Source of the DNA: Trypanosoma brucei
Lineage: Eukaryota
Reading direction: 5' to 3'
Assembly (NCBI GenBank): GCA_000002445.1
Contig: CM000208.1
Coordinates: forward strand, 3,680,001-3,744,000
Length of the DNA: 64,000 nt
Of the stretch, positions 12,116 through 22,384 are shown one piece after another. The notes beneath the pieces are model-generated. The model had not been told where the DNA came from. It saw only the letters and a program-made list of their open reading frames with translations, and searched no databases. Position 1 is the stretch's first letter. Every line of letters begins with the position of its first letter. The position numbers were made by a program, and so were the translations under genes.

Positions 12116-14500
12116 ATGGCGCTCTCGCTTGTAGTTGGGTTAGCCAGCGATGCGCTGGAGGGCAGACATAACCATGAGAAACGTTTCGAGGCGTTGCGCG
12201 CACAACTCGGTGGAAGCTCCAGTTGGCGTCAGCAGCAATGTGTCGAAGGTGTTTGTGGTACATTTACTCTGGATGTCCCAATTACTGAAGCGGATGTGGA
12301 CCGGTGGGGAACTCTTCTCAGCGAAAGCGCCCCGCCGCCGGCTCCCCCGAATGCCGCTTTTGCTGGAGGTGGTTTTGTTGACGTTGCAGCATTGTTGGCG
12401 ATGGATAATGAGGGAGACCAGCAGCAGGCGGTGCATAAGCTCGCCCCAATGAAGATGTTTGATCCCAACCAGGTGATTAGACCGGCTATGACAAAAGTGC
12501 TTATGCACCGTCGCAAGTGGCTTCCGTACCGGCAGCGCTTGACCGTTTATCAGTGCCGTACCTCAATCATTGATGCGGTTCTCCGAAACTCAGTAGTGCT
12601 CCTTACCGCCCCACCGGGGAGCGGATGTACCCTACAGCTCCCGCAGATCATATGGGAAACAGAGGTGTTTAAGACAAAGCGCCTCATTATTGTTTGTCCC
12701 ACAACTCTCACGGTTCAACGGACCGTGCAACGGCTGCGAGAGGAACGTGGCGAAGAAGCAACGACGACGACAGTGGGTGAGTGCACTCCAATGTGCTATG
12801 GGGTAACCCCGGGTACGCAGATTGTCGTTACGACTCCGGAAATGTTTGTGCGACAGTTGCTATGTGACCCAATACTCCTTCATGTTGGTTGCGTTATATT
12901 TAATGACATTCACATACGTTCTCCAATAACGGAGTTTTCCCTCTCACTTCTTCGTAGCATGTTGCGGACGCGGGACGAGTGTGGCGTGGGACGACTTGGT
13001 AGTGCGCCGCGTGTTGTGGTTTGCTGTCCTGACGACGCGGTTTCTAATACCATTGCAGAGTACTTTGGAGCTGACCACAGTATGCAGCTGAACCTCCAAC
13101 AGGTGCTTCAACGGGATGTCAAGACGGGGGCAGCCGATGCACTGCGAAGCAGCGGCTCGTACGCATCACCGGTTGTACTCTACCTTGAAGAAACTATGCA
13201 GTGGCTCACAAAGTGCGAGGAGGAGGGAAGCTTTTTGTGTCGTGACCCTGGAGAGGAACTCCGGTGCTATGTGGAAAACATTGGAGTTGTTGCAAAAATA
13301 ATGGCCATGGAAAATGCGGATTTCATGTCAGATGAAAAATTTCGCTCCCACTGGTGCCCTCTCATAGTAAACGCAATTCAGCAACATAGTTTAGCGGAGC
13401 GTAAGGAGCGTGCGACCTTGCTAGCGGAAAATAAGGAAGGGAAGCATCAAGAACTTCGGCAGGGTCACACGGTAGTGGTTGTTGTCGCACCCAACCCTCA
13501 AGTAGTGGCAACTATTGCCCATGCATTGCGCCAGGTGAATGACCAACAGAGGGAGGGGAAAGAAATGGCTCCTTCCATTACTGTTGAAGTATTGCGGGAA
13601 TGCACCACCTCTGATGAATTGCGTCTTCTTTTACGAGAAGGCGGTACGGCAGTGGAGGGCGGTGATCGTTTAGTGTTAGTGGCCACTCCTATTGTGGCAC
13701 AAACTGCGCTTCCACCGTCACTGTCAGTGGGCCTCGTGATTGACTGTGCCCGCCGCTCTTGTGCCACATATAACCCAAATGTTGACACTGATGTATTTTC
13801 CACTTCGTATAGTTACATACAGGAATTGCGGCAACGACGTTCAATTGCCCGTGTGTGTGTGGATAATTCAGGCAAGAAGGAGGAGGAGAGTGGCGTCCCA
13901 GCCCCCATGGTACTGCAGCTAATACCGAAATCTATCCTACACAGCGCCCAACACCGACGTGTGAGCTCTGATCCTGCACACCATTCCATTTTCCACTTAC
14001 CTTGGGTGGATTATGTGCATATATATCACCTGCTGCAAGCCCATGAAGAGGCCTTGTGTTGCCGTGGTCCGTCATCAGCATCCGCCATAGGCAGTTCTCA
14101 CACTGGAAATCTATTGTCACGGAATGTACCCCAACTCGTGTCATCTGCCTTTATCGGTGTTGCTTCACTATCCGCTAGCCGTTATGAGCATCTTAAACGT
14201 ATCTTCATTGCTGTAGAAAATCATTTGGTTCGCCTAGGACACTTGCAGAGACCAAGTGAGGAGCAGTTTGTACCTCGACTTCTGCCACTGGGCGTGGTCA
14301 CGACGTGCTTCGCCCTCCCTATTCCGGTGCTTCGGCTGTTGGTGTGGTCGCGATTGTATGGATGTGTTGTTCCCGCGAGCGTCGTAGCGGCGATTTGGAT
14401 GCTGGGTGATATTTTTTGCACTGTTCAGCACGATGATGAAGCTGCTGAACTTATGCGAGAGTCACGTGTATTTTTTCACATGGCTCCGGGAGCGATGTAG
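12116..14500 (+). CDS. DEAH/RHA-family helicase-like protein with degenerate catalytic motifs (probable pseudo-helicase)
   Basis: Collinear match to DEAH-box motif order. Motif I is APPGSGCTLQLPQI (GSGKT->GSGCT). Motif II is VIFNDIHIRS (DEAH->NDIH). Motif III is VVVCCPDDAVSNTIAEYFG (SAT->CCP). Motif V is VLVATPIVAQTAL...DCARRSCATYNP. Motif VI-like is ELRQRRSIAR. ATG start, 794 aa. Confidence 0.8.
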   Translation: MALSLVVGLASDALEGRHNHEKRFEALRAQLGGSSSWRQQQCVEGVCGTFTLDVPITEADVDRWGTLLSESAPPPAPPNAAFAGGGFVDVAALLAMDNEGDQQQAVHKLAPMKMFDPNQVIRPAMTKVLMHRRKWLPYRQRLTVYQCRTSIIDAVLRNSVVLLTAPPGSGCTLQLPQIIWETEVFKTKRLIIVCPTTLTVQRTVQRLREERGEEATTTTVGECTPMCYGVTPGTQIVVTTPEMFVRQLLCDPILLHVGCVIFNDIHIRSPITEFSLSLLRSMLRTRDECGVGRLGSAPRVVVCCPDDAVSNTIAEYFGADHSMQLNLQQVLQRDVKTGAADALRSSGSYASPVVLYLEETMQWLTKCEEEGSFLCRDPGEELRCYVENIGVVAKIMAMENADFMSDEKFRSHWCPLIVNAIQQHSLAERKERATLLAENKEGKHQELRQGHTVVVVVAPNPQVVATIAHALRQVNDQQREGKEMAPSITVEVLRECTTSDELRLLLREGGTAVEGGDRLVLVATPIVAQTALPPSLSVGLVIDCARRSCATYNPNVDTDVFSTSYSYIQELRQRRSIARVCVDNSGKKEEESGVPAPMVLQLIPKSILHSAQHRRVSSDPAHHSIFHLPWVDYVHIYHLLQAHEEALCCRGPSSASAIGSSHTGNLLSRNVPQLVSSAFIGVASLSASRYEHLKRIFIAVENHLVRLGHLQRPSEEQFVPRLLPLGVVTTCFALPIPVLRLLVWSRLYGCVVPASVVAAIWMLGDIFCTVQHDDEAAELMRESRVFFHMAPGAM

Positions 14501-14523
14501 TGAGTGCGTTTCATGCTTATCGT

Positions 14524-17424
14524 ATGTGGCTTTCCCTACGTGGTACCGCGGGGGAGTCCGGGGATGCCTTCGGGAGTGAGAGTTTTGTTTCGAGTGAAAC
14601 ACTAATCAAGGTGGAAAAGCAACAACTGATGTTATTACATGTGCTTGAGGTAACTGGGGTCATTGCACCTCTCGTATCCCAAGAAATTCGCTTAACTGAG
14701 AGTGGCAAGAGTTCCCCCGCTTCAGTAGGGAAATCACAGGGCGACATTTTCGATACTTTAGCTTCCACTATTCTTGCGATGCCAGAGGCGGCGTTGCTGG
14801 AGGGCAATGGTCTACTTCAGTGCGTAACTGCAGCGCTCTATCCTCAGTATGCCACACCTCTCGATGATGGATCTGCTTTGGCGTTGCGTTTTGTGGAAGG
14901 CGCCGCAAAACCTTCAACCAATGATGGAAACGATGGGTCTGAAGGGGATGCTCAACATGCGGTACCACAACTTGCATTCTTCTCCGAGCTATCCGTGATG
15001 AGCGTGGAGGAGGTATACAAGAGCCACGCGGGAAAGCCGTTTCTATATCTTCATCGTGATGGTGAGCCTGAGGGGAGGATCGCATTGTTGAAAGGAGCTA
15101 CACCCCTATGCATGGACGCGGCGGTTGTTTCATGCGGTGAGCGGTCGGACCATCCGAAGCAACAGGCATCACGGTGCCGGGGGTGGACGTCTGTTATAAC
15201 AAACGCGTGGCGGTTAACGAAATGTGCGCGACGGCTCCCACCCGCAGCGCAGTTACCGCCCGTATCCATACCGTTTAAGTTGTATGACACCATTCAAGCC
15301 CCTCAGGTTATCGTCCAGCTTGACGGAGTGATGTCGCTGTCCATGAGGGCCACAACTGCCAAATGGTTACACCAACTTCGGGAGCATACAAGTTGTAGAC
15401 TACGCGCTCTCGTTGCAGATAAAACATGGCCTGCAGTCCAACAAGAACTCTCCGGTCTTCATGAGGCATGGGAATGGTGGTCAAGACGTGTAGCCAACTC
15501 GCAGGCATGGCTACGAGAGGAGCGGGCTTCCCGTCCTGCCTCTAATGCGAGTTCGGCAGGACATTTAGCTCAGGATAATGATTTAAGAGAGTTATTGTGT
15601 CCATACTATCAGTATAGCTCGAATCCAGGTCGACCTCCAATGGTCGTTCCTCCTAAAAGGCGGCAGGGTGCTGGCGCACCCCTGAATGCATCTTGTTCGA
15701 CCACCGCCGTAGCAGGGACAGATCAACCAACAGCATACAATGGGAAAATGCCCGATCCCGTCATGAGCAATAACATTCAACATTCAGCGAAGAGTATTGC
15801 CAAGGCTCGAAGTCGTGAACAGGAAGCCAAATTCCTGAAGATGTACCCTGACTTGTTTGCCTTCCTCGACCCGGAACATGAGTTCCATGGTTATTACTTA
15901 CATGTGCTACGTCGCGAAGCCCCCGACCTGGAGGTTCTTGGTGATAACTTAGAGGAGCTTGAGAAATTCCTTCAGGATCTTGAAGAGGAGGTTAGGGAAG
16001 AGGTTGGTGCACAGAGTGCTATGGCAACATACGATGGGCGGAACGGTGACCAGTCGTGTTTTGCTGGTGATTATCAAGCGGAGGCTCCCAGAACAGATGC
16101 CTCTTACCAGTTCCAGGAGGTGAATGCTGACGAGTACATGGCCTCCTACGGAATGCAAGTGGAGAGTTCGGTGGAACATGCAACACGTCCACCGGCGTTG
16201 TTCAGAACACAAGATGTGACTCAACCATCTTCTTCCTCTTTGGATAAAGCGGAGAGTGTCCCGGCCGCAGCCTCTTTTTTTACGCAAGGTCCAGCAGTGG
16301 AGAACTCCACATGTGGTATTTTAGGTGATGGCTTCGTGGAGGAGCCTGTAGCGGGCTTGGCCCCACCTGTCGATAACGGTCCGTCATCCGAGAACTTCGC
16401 GTTTACGTCAGGACAGACAACATCGTCGACTTCGATGGCGGGAGCCAAAACAGAAGCAACGGCGTACGGGTTTACCGGGGTCGGTGCGTCAGGCGACGGT
16501 GCTGTTGGGCGTGCACCAACTTTGATGGAGCAGCTGTTGGCGATGAAGGCTGGCGGTGCCTTGGGCCCGGTGCAGCCTGCAGTTTCTGTTCCTCAGGACG
16601 CGATTCCCCAAGACATGGCACCTTCTGCGTCTGCCCAAATCCCTGGTTCTTGGCTTGGAGGTACCGTTGCACCGCCTGTCATCAACTCAGGTTTTGAACT
16701 GCCTTCTTCTTCTGCCATGACCGCCACGTCTTCTTCTCAGACGGCTGCCGCGAACGCTTCCCTCACGAGGGACCTTCTCGAGGTTATGGGAGTCATTCCA
16801 CCTCCACCCCCAGTTAATCCGCTAACAATTGCCCCACCGCCACTTCCTGCGGAAGCCCTTGCAAACCGTCCCCCTTCCGTGTTGGTGTATCCTCTGCCAC
16901 CGCGCGAATACGGAAACATTCCGCTTATTCTTGCCAAGGCAATGGGTGAAACAATGGGAATTAAAGTAGGACCAACACGTCTCGTGGGAAATGTTGGTCG
17001 TATCGATGTTCCGAACCACAAAGTAGAGGCGCGTGCATTGGCACTTAAGTCCTTCACATGCGTGGGCAAAAAGGTGTACATCTTCAAGAATGACCGCATT
17101 GTGGATGGGCCGCGGAATGCAGTGGTTAATAATGCTCCCATTCAACAGCGCAACTCCCGCTTAAATGCCCCACGAGATCTAGTTGGTGAGGGAAATATGT
17201 ATGAACAACCTGATGGTGCCGAGAATGAGGGCTTCGCGCAGTCGCTGAGGAAACTTGTTGAAGACGGCCGGCCCCCACCGATGGCTCATGTACCGGAGAA
17301 TCATTTTGCGGCGAACGCAAGGGCCTCAGCAAAGAAGTCAATCAATCCACAACTAATTGGAGTGTTGTTGGATTCAGATGACGACGGAGATGAGGAATCG
17401 TCAGAAAGATCTGCATCAGTGTAG
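14524..17424 (+). CDS. Hypothetical Pro/Ala/Ser-rich low-complexity protein
   Basis: 2.9 kb uninterrupted ORF. The ORF track begins it at a GTG (14500); the first ATG is at 14524. Low-complexity P/A/S/G-rich C-terminal half with no family match. Starts 24 nt after the upstream stop codon. Confidence 0.55.
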   Translation: MWLSLRGTAGESGDAFGSESFVSSETLIKVEKQQLMLLHVLEVTGVIAPLVSQEIRLTESGKSSPASVGKSQGDIFDTLASTILAMPEAALLEGNGLLQCVTAALYPQYATPLDDGSALALRFVEGAAKPSTNDGNDGSEGDAQHAVPQLAFFSELSVMSVEEVYKSHAGKPFLYLHRDGEPEGRIALLKGATPLCMDAAVVSCGERSDHPKQQASRCRGWTSVITNAWRLTKCARRLPPAAQLPPVSIPFKLYDTIQAPQVIVQLDGVMSLSMRATTAKWLHQLREHTSCRLRALVADKTWPAVQQELSGLHEAWEWWSRRVANSQAWLREERASRPASNASSAGHLAQDNDLRELLCPYYQYSSNPGRPPMVVPPKRRQGAGAPLNASCSTTAVAGTDQPTAYNGKMPDPVMSNNIQHSAKSIAKARSREQEAKFLKMYPDLFAFLDPEHEFHGYYLHVLRREAPDLEVLGDNLEELEKFLQDLEEEVREEVGAQSAMATYDGRNGDQSCFAGDYQAEAPRTDASYQFQEVNADEYMASYGMQVESSVEHATRPPALFRTQDVTQPSSSSLDKAESVPAAASFFTQGPAVENSTCGILGDGFVEEPVAGLAPPVDNGPSSENFAFTSGQTTSSTSMAGAKTEATAYGFTGVGASGDGAVGRAPTLMEQLLAMKAGGALGPVQPAVSVPQDAIPQDMAPSASAQIPGSWLGGTVAPPVINSGFELPSSSAMTATSSSQTAAANASLTRDLLEVMGVIPPPPPVNPLTIAPPPLPAEALANRPPSVLVYPLPPREYGNIPLILAKAMGETMGIKVGPTRLVGNVGRIDVPNHKVEARALALKSFTCVGKKVYIFKNDRIVDGPRNAVVNNAPIQQRNSRLNAPRDLVGEGNMYEQPDGAENEGFAQSLRKLVEDGRPPPMAHVPENHFAANARASAKKSINPQLIGVLLDSDDDGDEESSERSASV

Positions 17425-18729
17425 GAGTCGCCGTGAAGGGGATGGACTAAATTGCGAAAGTGGAGGTGGAATAGCAGATGTGATCAACGCACCCAATGCG
17501 GGTTGCAAAAAAAAAAAAAAGAAAAAAAACTGGAAAGCGAGGTGCCCAAAAAAAAATAATGTGAAGCATACCGTTTTAAACACAGGTAATCTATGCTGAC
17601 CTGATACTTGTTCTTGTTGCTAAAAATCGTTCATTCCGTATATCGGTGATACAGTTTAGGTTTCTGCTACCGAGCAGGCATTCTCTGGGGGTGCAAGTTG
17701 TTTTCATTATTGGCGAACACTCTCGACAACTTTTGTAACTGAGCTGAACCTGCTCATTACCGCCCGGAGGGGGGGGCGGTGGGTGTATGATATCAAGAGG
17801 AAGAGGCAACAACAAAAATTTTTTTATGTTGAGGTTGAAGTCGAAGTGAACATGGAGGAGGCTTTCTTTCCTTTGGAAAGACCTCGTGGATGGATGAGAC
17901 ACCTTAAGTTACCTTGTTTGTTTTTGATGCTGTGCATTTCCGTGTTTTCATTTGTGCATATAAGATGTTGCATCCGCTTAAAAAAAACAACAACAACAAA
18001 AACATCACCTGTGTGACTGCGTCGAGTGTGAGGAAGAGGGACTGACACGTAGGCTGCCTTTGTTGTTTCCTGTTTTCCTCCTCTTTTTCTGTTTACTTTG
18101 TTGTCTCAATGCAACTTCCTGCTGTGTTTGGCACCTCTTCTTTACTTTCCCCGAGAAGCTAATGAACCTAACTTGTGTAGGAAACGCGCGCTCAACACCG
18201 ATGGCAACGTTCATAACAATAATAACAACACTTGTATTAAGGCTACGAGCTGCGGTAGAAGGATAGTTACGGAATTCCATATAATTATTATTGTCATTGT
18301 TATCACTGATTTGTGGAGCTCTATCGGGTGTTCTTTCTACCTGATGCTTCAACCCTAACCCCTGCGTTTCCTTCAATTTTCTGTCTTTATACTTTCTGAT
18401 GTCTCTATTTTTATTTTTATTTTTAAATGGCGTTGACTCATACAGCATTAATCTTTGTCGTCGCCTAACGTAATACAGTAAGTTTCCAAGTAGGTGAGGC
18501 TTCGTTTTCGTCGCCTAGTCGCACTTTAAAGAAACAAAGGATCACACCCAGAGGGGAGGGGGAGGAAGAGAAGGAAGCTCAGAAAGCCTTAAACAGGTCG
18601 AACACAGAAAGCAGAAAAGTTACGACGACGTAATTGACCCCTAGGGTGCGACAAACCAGTTTGCCGCGCGTTTTTCCATTGTTTCTACCGCGTGAAGGCG
18701 TGATCCTGCTTTAGGTTTTGCCTGTAGAT

Positions 18730-19743
18730 ATGGTCAAAGTGTACAATTTGCAACGTAGGACGGAAACCTTACCGACGGTGCGTCGCACTGCTCCTAATGC
18801 GGAGGAATTGGAATATCAGAGTCACTTGTCGCGCCCCGCTGGTGCCGGTGACGGTGAGCCAACTCGTCGAGTTGAGACCATCACATTTGACATGGATAAC
18901 GTAAGTCCGCCTGTGGCCAACATGTTCCGCCGGCTTATGCTTACTGAGGTGCCAGTTTTCGCTTTCGACCGAATATTGATCGAACATAATGACGGTGTTG
19001 TCCCGGATGAGCTTCTTGCGCACCGCATTGGCCTTGTTCCACTTGCTGGACCCGTTTCAAGCATGCAGTACATAACCGATAGTGCCTCCGTTGGATTTGA
19101 CAACCTTGACCCGGAGCGCGTTTTGCTATTCGAGTTGGATGTGACCGCAAAACGTGACGTGCCGACGACCAGTGTATACAGTGGCCATCTCAAGTGGCAG
19201 CCCATTGCTAAACAGGAGGAACTGGCTGCGAGGAGCGAGGATGATCGCGTGTTTTTAGTGCATCCAGACATTGTTCTGACACGGCTGGGGCCTGGGCAGC
19301 GCTTAAAGTTGCGTGCCATTGCCATTAAAGGAATTGGTGCTGTGCACGCAAAGTGGACGCCTGTGGCCGCTTGTTTCTATGAAATGAAACAAGCCAAAGC
19401 GGGAGCGGAAGACTCTGACGGTAGAGCTTCTGGTCGCGGAAGGAGTCGTTCGGGAAGAGGTCGAGTAGACGCCAACGAGGAGGAGAGCAATGCAACACGT
19501 CCCCGCTCAGCATCCGGTAATCATTCTCACGAACCGCACAGAGAAACTGTTAACGAAGTTATTGCTAAAAGGGACACATCCTCCGTACGCTTTACCGTTG
19601 AAAGTATCGGACAGTTGTATGCCGTCGATGTGTTTCGGCAGGCTCTTATATTGTTTGCCGAACGAATTCGCGATTTGGCGGTTCGAATCCGCTCTACAGA
19701 ACCGAGAATGACTGGCGCAGCAGCCACTGCGTTTACGGAATAG
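18730..19743 (+). CDS. RPAC1: DNA-directed RNA polymerase I/III subunit RPAC1 (AC40, RPB3/RpoA-like)
   Basis: FDMDNVSPPVANMFRRLMLTEVPVFAFDRILIEHNDGVVPDELLAHRIGLVPL matches the AC40/RPB3 dimerisation domain ([20 protein letters not shown]...DEILAHRLGLIPI). IAIKGIGAVHAKWTPVAA matches CVKGIGKDHAKFSPVAT. The ORF track starts at TTG 18718; the first ATG is at 18730. Confidence 0.8.
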   Translation: MVKVYNLQRRTETLPTVRRTAPNAEELEYQSHLSRPAGAGDGEPTRRVETITFDMDNVSPPVANMFRRLMLTEVPVFAFDRILIEHNDGVVPDELLAHRIGLVPLAGPVSSMQYITDSASVGFDNLDPERVLLFELDVTAKRDVPTTSVYSGHLKWQPIAKQEELAARSEDDRVFLVHPDIVLTRLGPGQRLKLRAIAIKGIGAVHAKWTPVAACFYEMKQAKAGAEDSDGRASGRGRSRSGRGRVDANEEESNATRPRSASGNHSHEPHRETVNEVIAKRDTSSVRFTVESIGQLYAVDVFRQALILFAERIRDLAVRIRSTEPRMTGAAATAFTE

Positions 19744-20003
19744 TAAATGATGTGGATGAGCAACGCCTTTAGTTGGAGAACGAACCGAGAGAGGCACAAA
19801 GCAAGGTTCCTGTGGAACCTCTGCTTTCCTTGGATGGATAAATGATGCTGGGGGATTAACGTGACGTATATGTTTGGGAGGCAAATAAATGCGAAGGGAG
19901 TTGGTGGCACTACACGTTTGTAAGCCGTAGAGGCTTCTCTTCCCCGTTTCTCGCCTGCACTCTCCCTTGGTATTTGGAGGAAGTTGCGTGGCGAAAAAAT
20001 TTG

Positions 20004-20023
20004 GTGTGTGTGTGTGTGTGTGT
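20004..20023. repeat. (GT)n microsatellite
   Basis: gtgtgtgtgtgtgtgtgtgt read directly. Confidence 0.85.
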
Positions 20024-20461
20024 CCTTGTTCGTAATAAAGCATAATTAAAAGTTTATTTCGACGTAAATTGTTAAACGAAAACTGTATGATAGTCTTTGA
20101 ACTTGCCAGGACGAGAGCAGCTACGTATGTGCCATCGTCGAGAGGTTGCAGTATGAGATGTACTCTTAATTCAATCACATAGCTCTCAAAATATTGTTCA
20201 TTCTATTATTACTATTTTTTTTTTCTTTTGGGTTTCCACATTGTTGGACTCCTTGCACATATACTATCGGTCCCGTGTCACCGCTATTGTTGCGTGTGTA
20301 CGTCTCATCTGCTACCCATTTTTCGGCCAGTCCCCCTGGTCTTTAACGCACCGCTAGTGGCGGAAGGAACCGAGGCGATATTCTGCAGTAAACTGGCCAG
20401 CCTAGGACAAGGCTCAAGAGAACAAGTAAAAGTTCAGGAAATTCATTAGGTTACGAAAGCA

Positions 20462-21502
20462 ATGACAAAGGGCAAGGGCCGTAATCCCGGTATGGGAAAT
20501 CTGGACAAGCACGTCAAACGCAAGGTGCACAAGGAACGATCGCAACCTGCAGCTCGGAAGCACCTTGGCCCACTTGAGAAACACAAGGATCATGTGGTGC
20601 GCTCGCGTAGGCGAAAGGCGAAGGTGCAGCGGCTACTTGAGCTGAAGCGGGCTGCGGCGCAACGTAATCCTGACGAGTTCCACATTAATATGACCAAAAC
20701 TGTTTTGGATGTCGAATCGGGTAAAATGAGGCGTCGACGCCTGTCAAAGGAAGATAACCGTAAGAAGATGGAGAAGACTTTGCGGCACAACACTCGCAAC
20801 TTGCATTACCTCAAGTATAAAGCGCATGCAGACTGGAGCCGCGCAAAGGAGCTGATTGAAGAGGATGCATTGGGGGCACTTACGGCAGCACCGCCTAAGA
20901 ATAAACACATAATCTTTGCAGAAGACGAAGACGAGTACCATCACTTCAATCCTCTCAAGCAACTTGACGCGACACCGGAGATGCTCAAGCAGCATCCCGC
21001 CGTGCGCGGGAGACTCTCAGTTCTACGTGAAACTGTGTTACCTGAAGAAATACTCTTGTCGGGATATCGAATGCTGTCGACAGCGCAGAAGCGGAAGGAA
21101 CGTCGTGAGATACAGAGGAAATTACAAAAAAGTGGTCTCAAAAGTGAAGAAGAACGAGCGGAGTTCGTGAAGCGACTCCATGCAAAGAAAGAGGTGAAAA
21201 TGCACCGGTTTTCTTCCCTTGTAGCAAACGCACTTGAATCTACAGACGCTGAGGCTGAGGGCGAAGATGCTGATGATCCCTGCGACGTGGATCGCCTCCT
21301 CGAGTACAAAAAGATTAAAGAGAAGGAGGAAGCCCTATTAGCAGCAAGCCGCGTTAAGGAGATTCAGCAACGCGTGCACCGCAGTAAAAAGCTTGATACC
21401 CTGGCAAGGGCGATTAAGAAGCAGAACGATGGTATTCGGTGCTCGTTAGAAAATAAGCGCAACGCCCGGTTTAAGCCAAATTCTAAGCGACGCGCTCGTT
21501 AA
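20462..21502 (+). CDS. UTP11: U3 snoRNP / SSU processome protein UTP11
   Basis: N-terminus HKERSQPAARKHLGPLEKHKDHVVRSRRRKAKVQRLLELKRAAAQRNPDEFHINM matches the UTP11 family signature (HRERSQPGFRKHLGLLEKKKDY...KALRKKALEKNPDEFYYKM). Basic coiled C-terminal region. ATG start. Confidence 0.8.
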   Translation: MTKGKGRNPGMGNLDKHVKRKVHKERSQPAARKHLGPLEKHKDHVVRSRRRKAKVQRLLELKRAAAQRNPDEFHINMTKTVLDVESGKMRRRRLSKEDNRKKMEKTLRHNTRNLHYLKYKAHADWSRAKELIEEDALGALTAAPPKNKHIIFAEDEDEYHHFNPLKQLDATPEMLKQHPAVRGRLSVLRETVLPEEILLSGYRMLSTAQKRKERREIQRKLQKSGLKSEEERAEFVKRLHAKKEVKMHRFSSLVANALESTDAEAEGEDADDPCDVDRLLEYKKIKEKEEALLAASRVKEIQQRVHRSKKLDTLARAIKKQNDGIRCSLENKRNARFKPNSKRRAR

Positions 21503-22384
21503 ATAAATAATAAACGCGTGTATGGTGTGTACATTTTACTGCTGAATCATGGTTAGTATACTCGCCATGAGGGTACGCCGTTGCGTTTACATCTCTTTTT
21601 TTTTTTTCCTTCATATTCTCGCTGCGTTTCACCTCACATTCCACTGAGTGGCGGAGTGTAGAAGGGGCACCCACTGCAGGAGGAGGGAAAGTTACAAAAA
21701 TGTTCGTTTAAGGTATTGACAGTGTTTGGTGTTTAAAAGAAAAGGTAAAGTAGCAAAGAAACAGGAGGATATGACATATGATTAAAAGAGGAAGCACATG
21801 ATGTTAAGATGGTGAGCGAAGGTGAGGGATATCTTTGTGCATGTGGTCCCCGTGTTGTCCACTGCTGAAGGAGTTTTGCCTTGTCAACCGCGGTGGTATT
21901 TGGCAAAACATGTGTTCTTCTTGTGAGTGAGCCTATGCCACTGCGGCGACCTTTGATTGTTATTCACTGTGTTTACTCGCTTGTGAATAAGGTGTTTGCG
22001 TCGCCTTGTAATATCGCACTTTTGCTCTTCTGCTTATTATTATTATTATTATTTTTCGAATCGTGTCGCGTGGGGGATTGTTATTCTATTCTTTTAAAAG
22101 CTCTACAAAAAAGGGAGGAAGTCAAACAGGTAAGTGCACTAAAGGGAGTTCAACCCGCGTTGGTGCAAGGAGCACTGTGAGTAAGTAAACTGAAGGAGAA
22201 AAGGATTTGGCAGAAGGGAAAACAGTTGGTAGACATCGCCAGTTCGAAGTGAACTGGCGCGCCAACAAAAGGTAAGATTTTGCTGCATTTTGCAGAACAA
22301 AAAGGTGCCTTTGAAGGGCGGAGCAGCTGGTGAAAACAACCAGAAAGAAAACCAACTGGAAAGGAAGTTTAGGGGGCTTAGAAG

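Noticed and set aside
19676-19692. Perfect tRNA T-arm-like hairpin GCGG-TTCGAAT-CCGC
   Set aside because: It lies inside the well-supported RPAC1 coding frame (…ERIRDLAVRIRSTEPRM…). The upstream sequence does not fold into anticodon or D arms. No acceptor-stem complement follows. It is a coincidental motif.
19507-20178. 223-aa minus-strand ORF (also 32672-33163 -, 44161-44670 -, 30085-30531 - and many other antisense ORFs)
   Set aside because: All are antisense to strongly supported + strand genes or span their 3' flank. Kinetoplastid transcription units are strand-coherent. The antisense ORFs have no recognisable domains. They are chance open frames in GC-balanced coding DNA.
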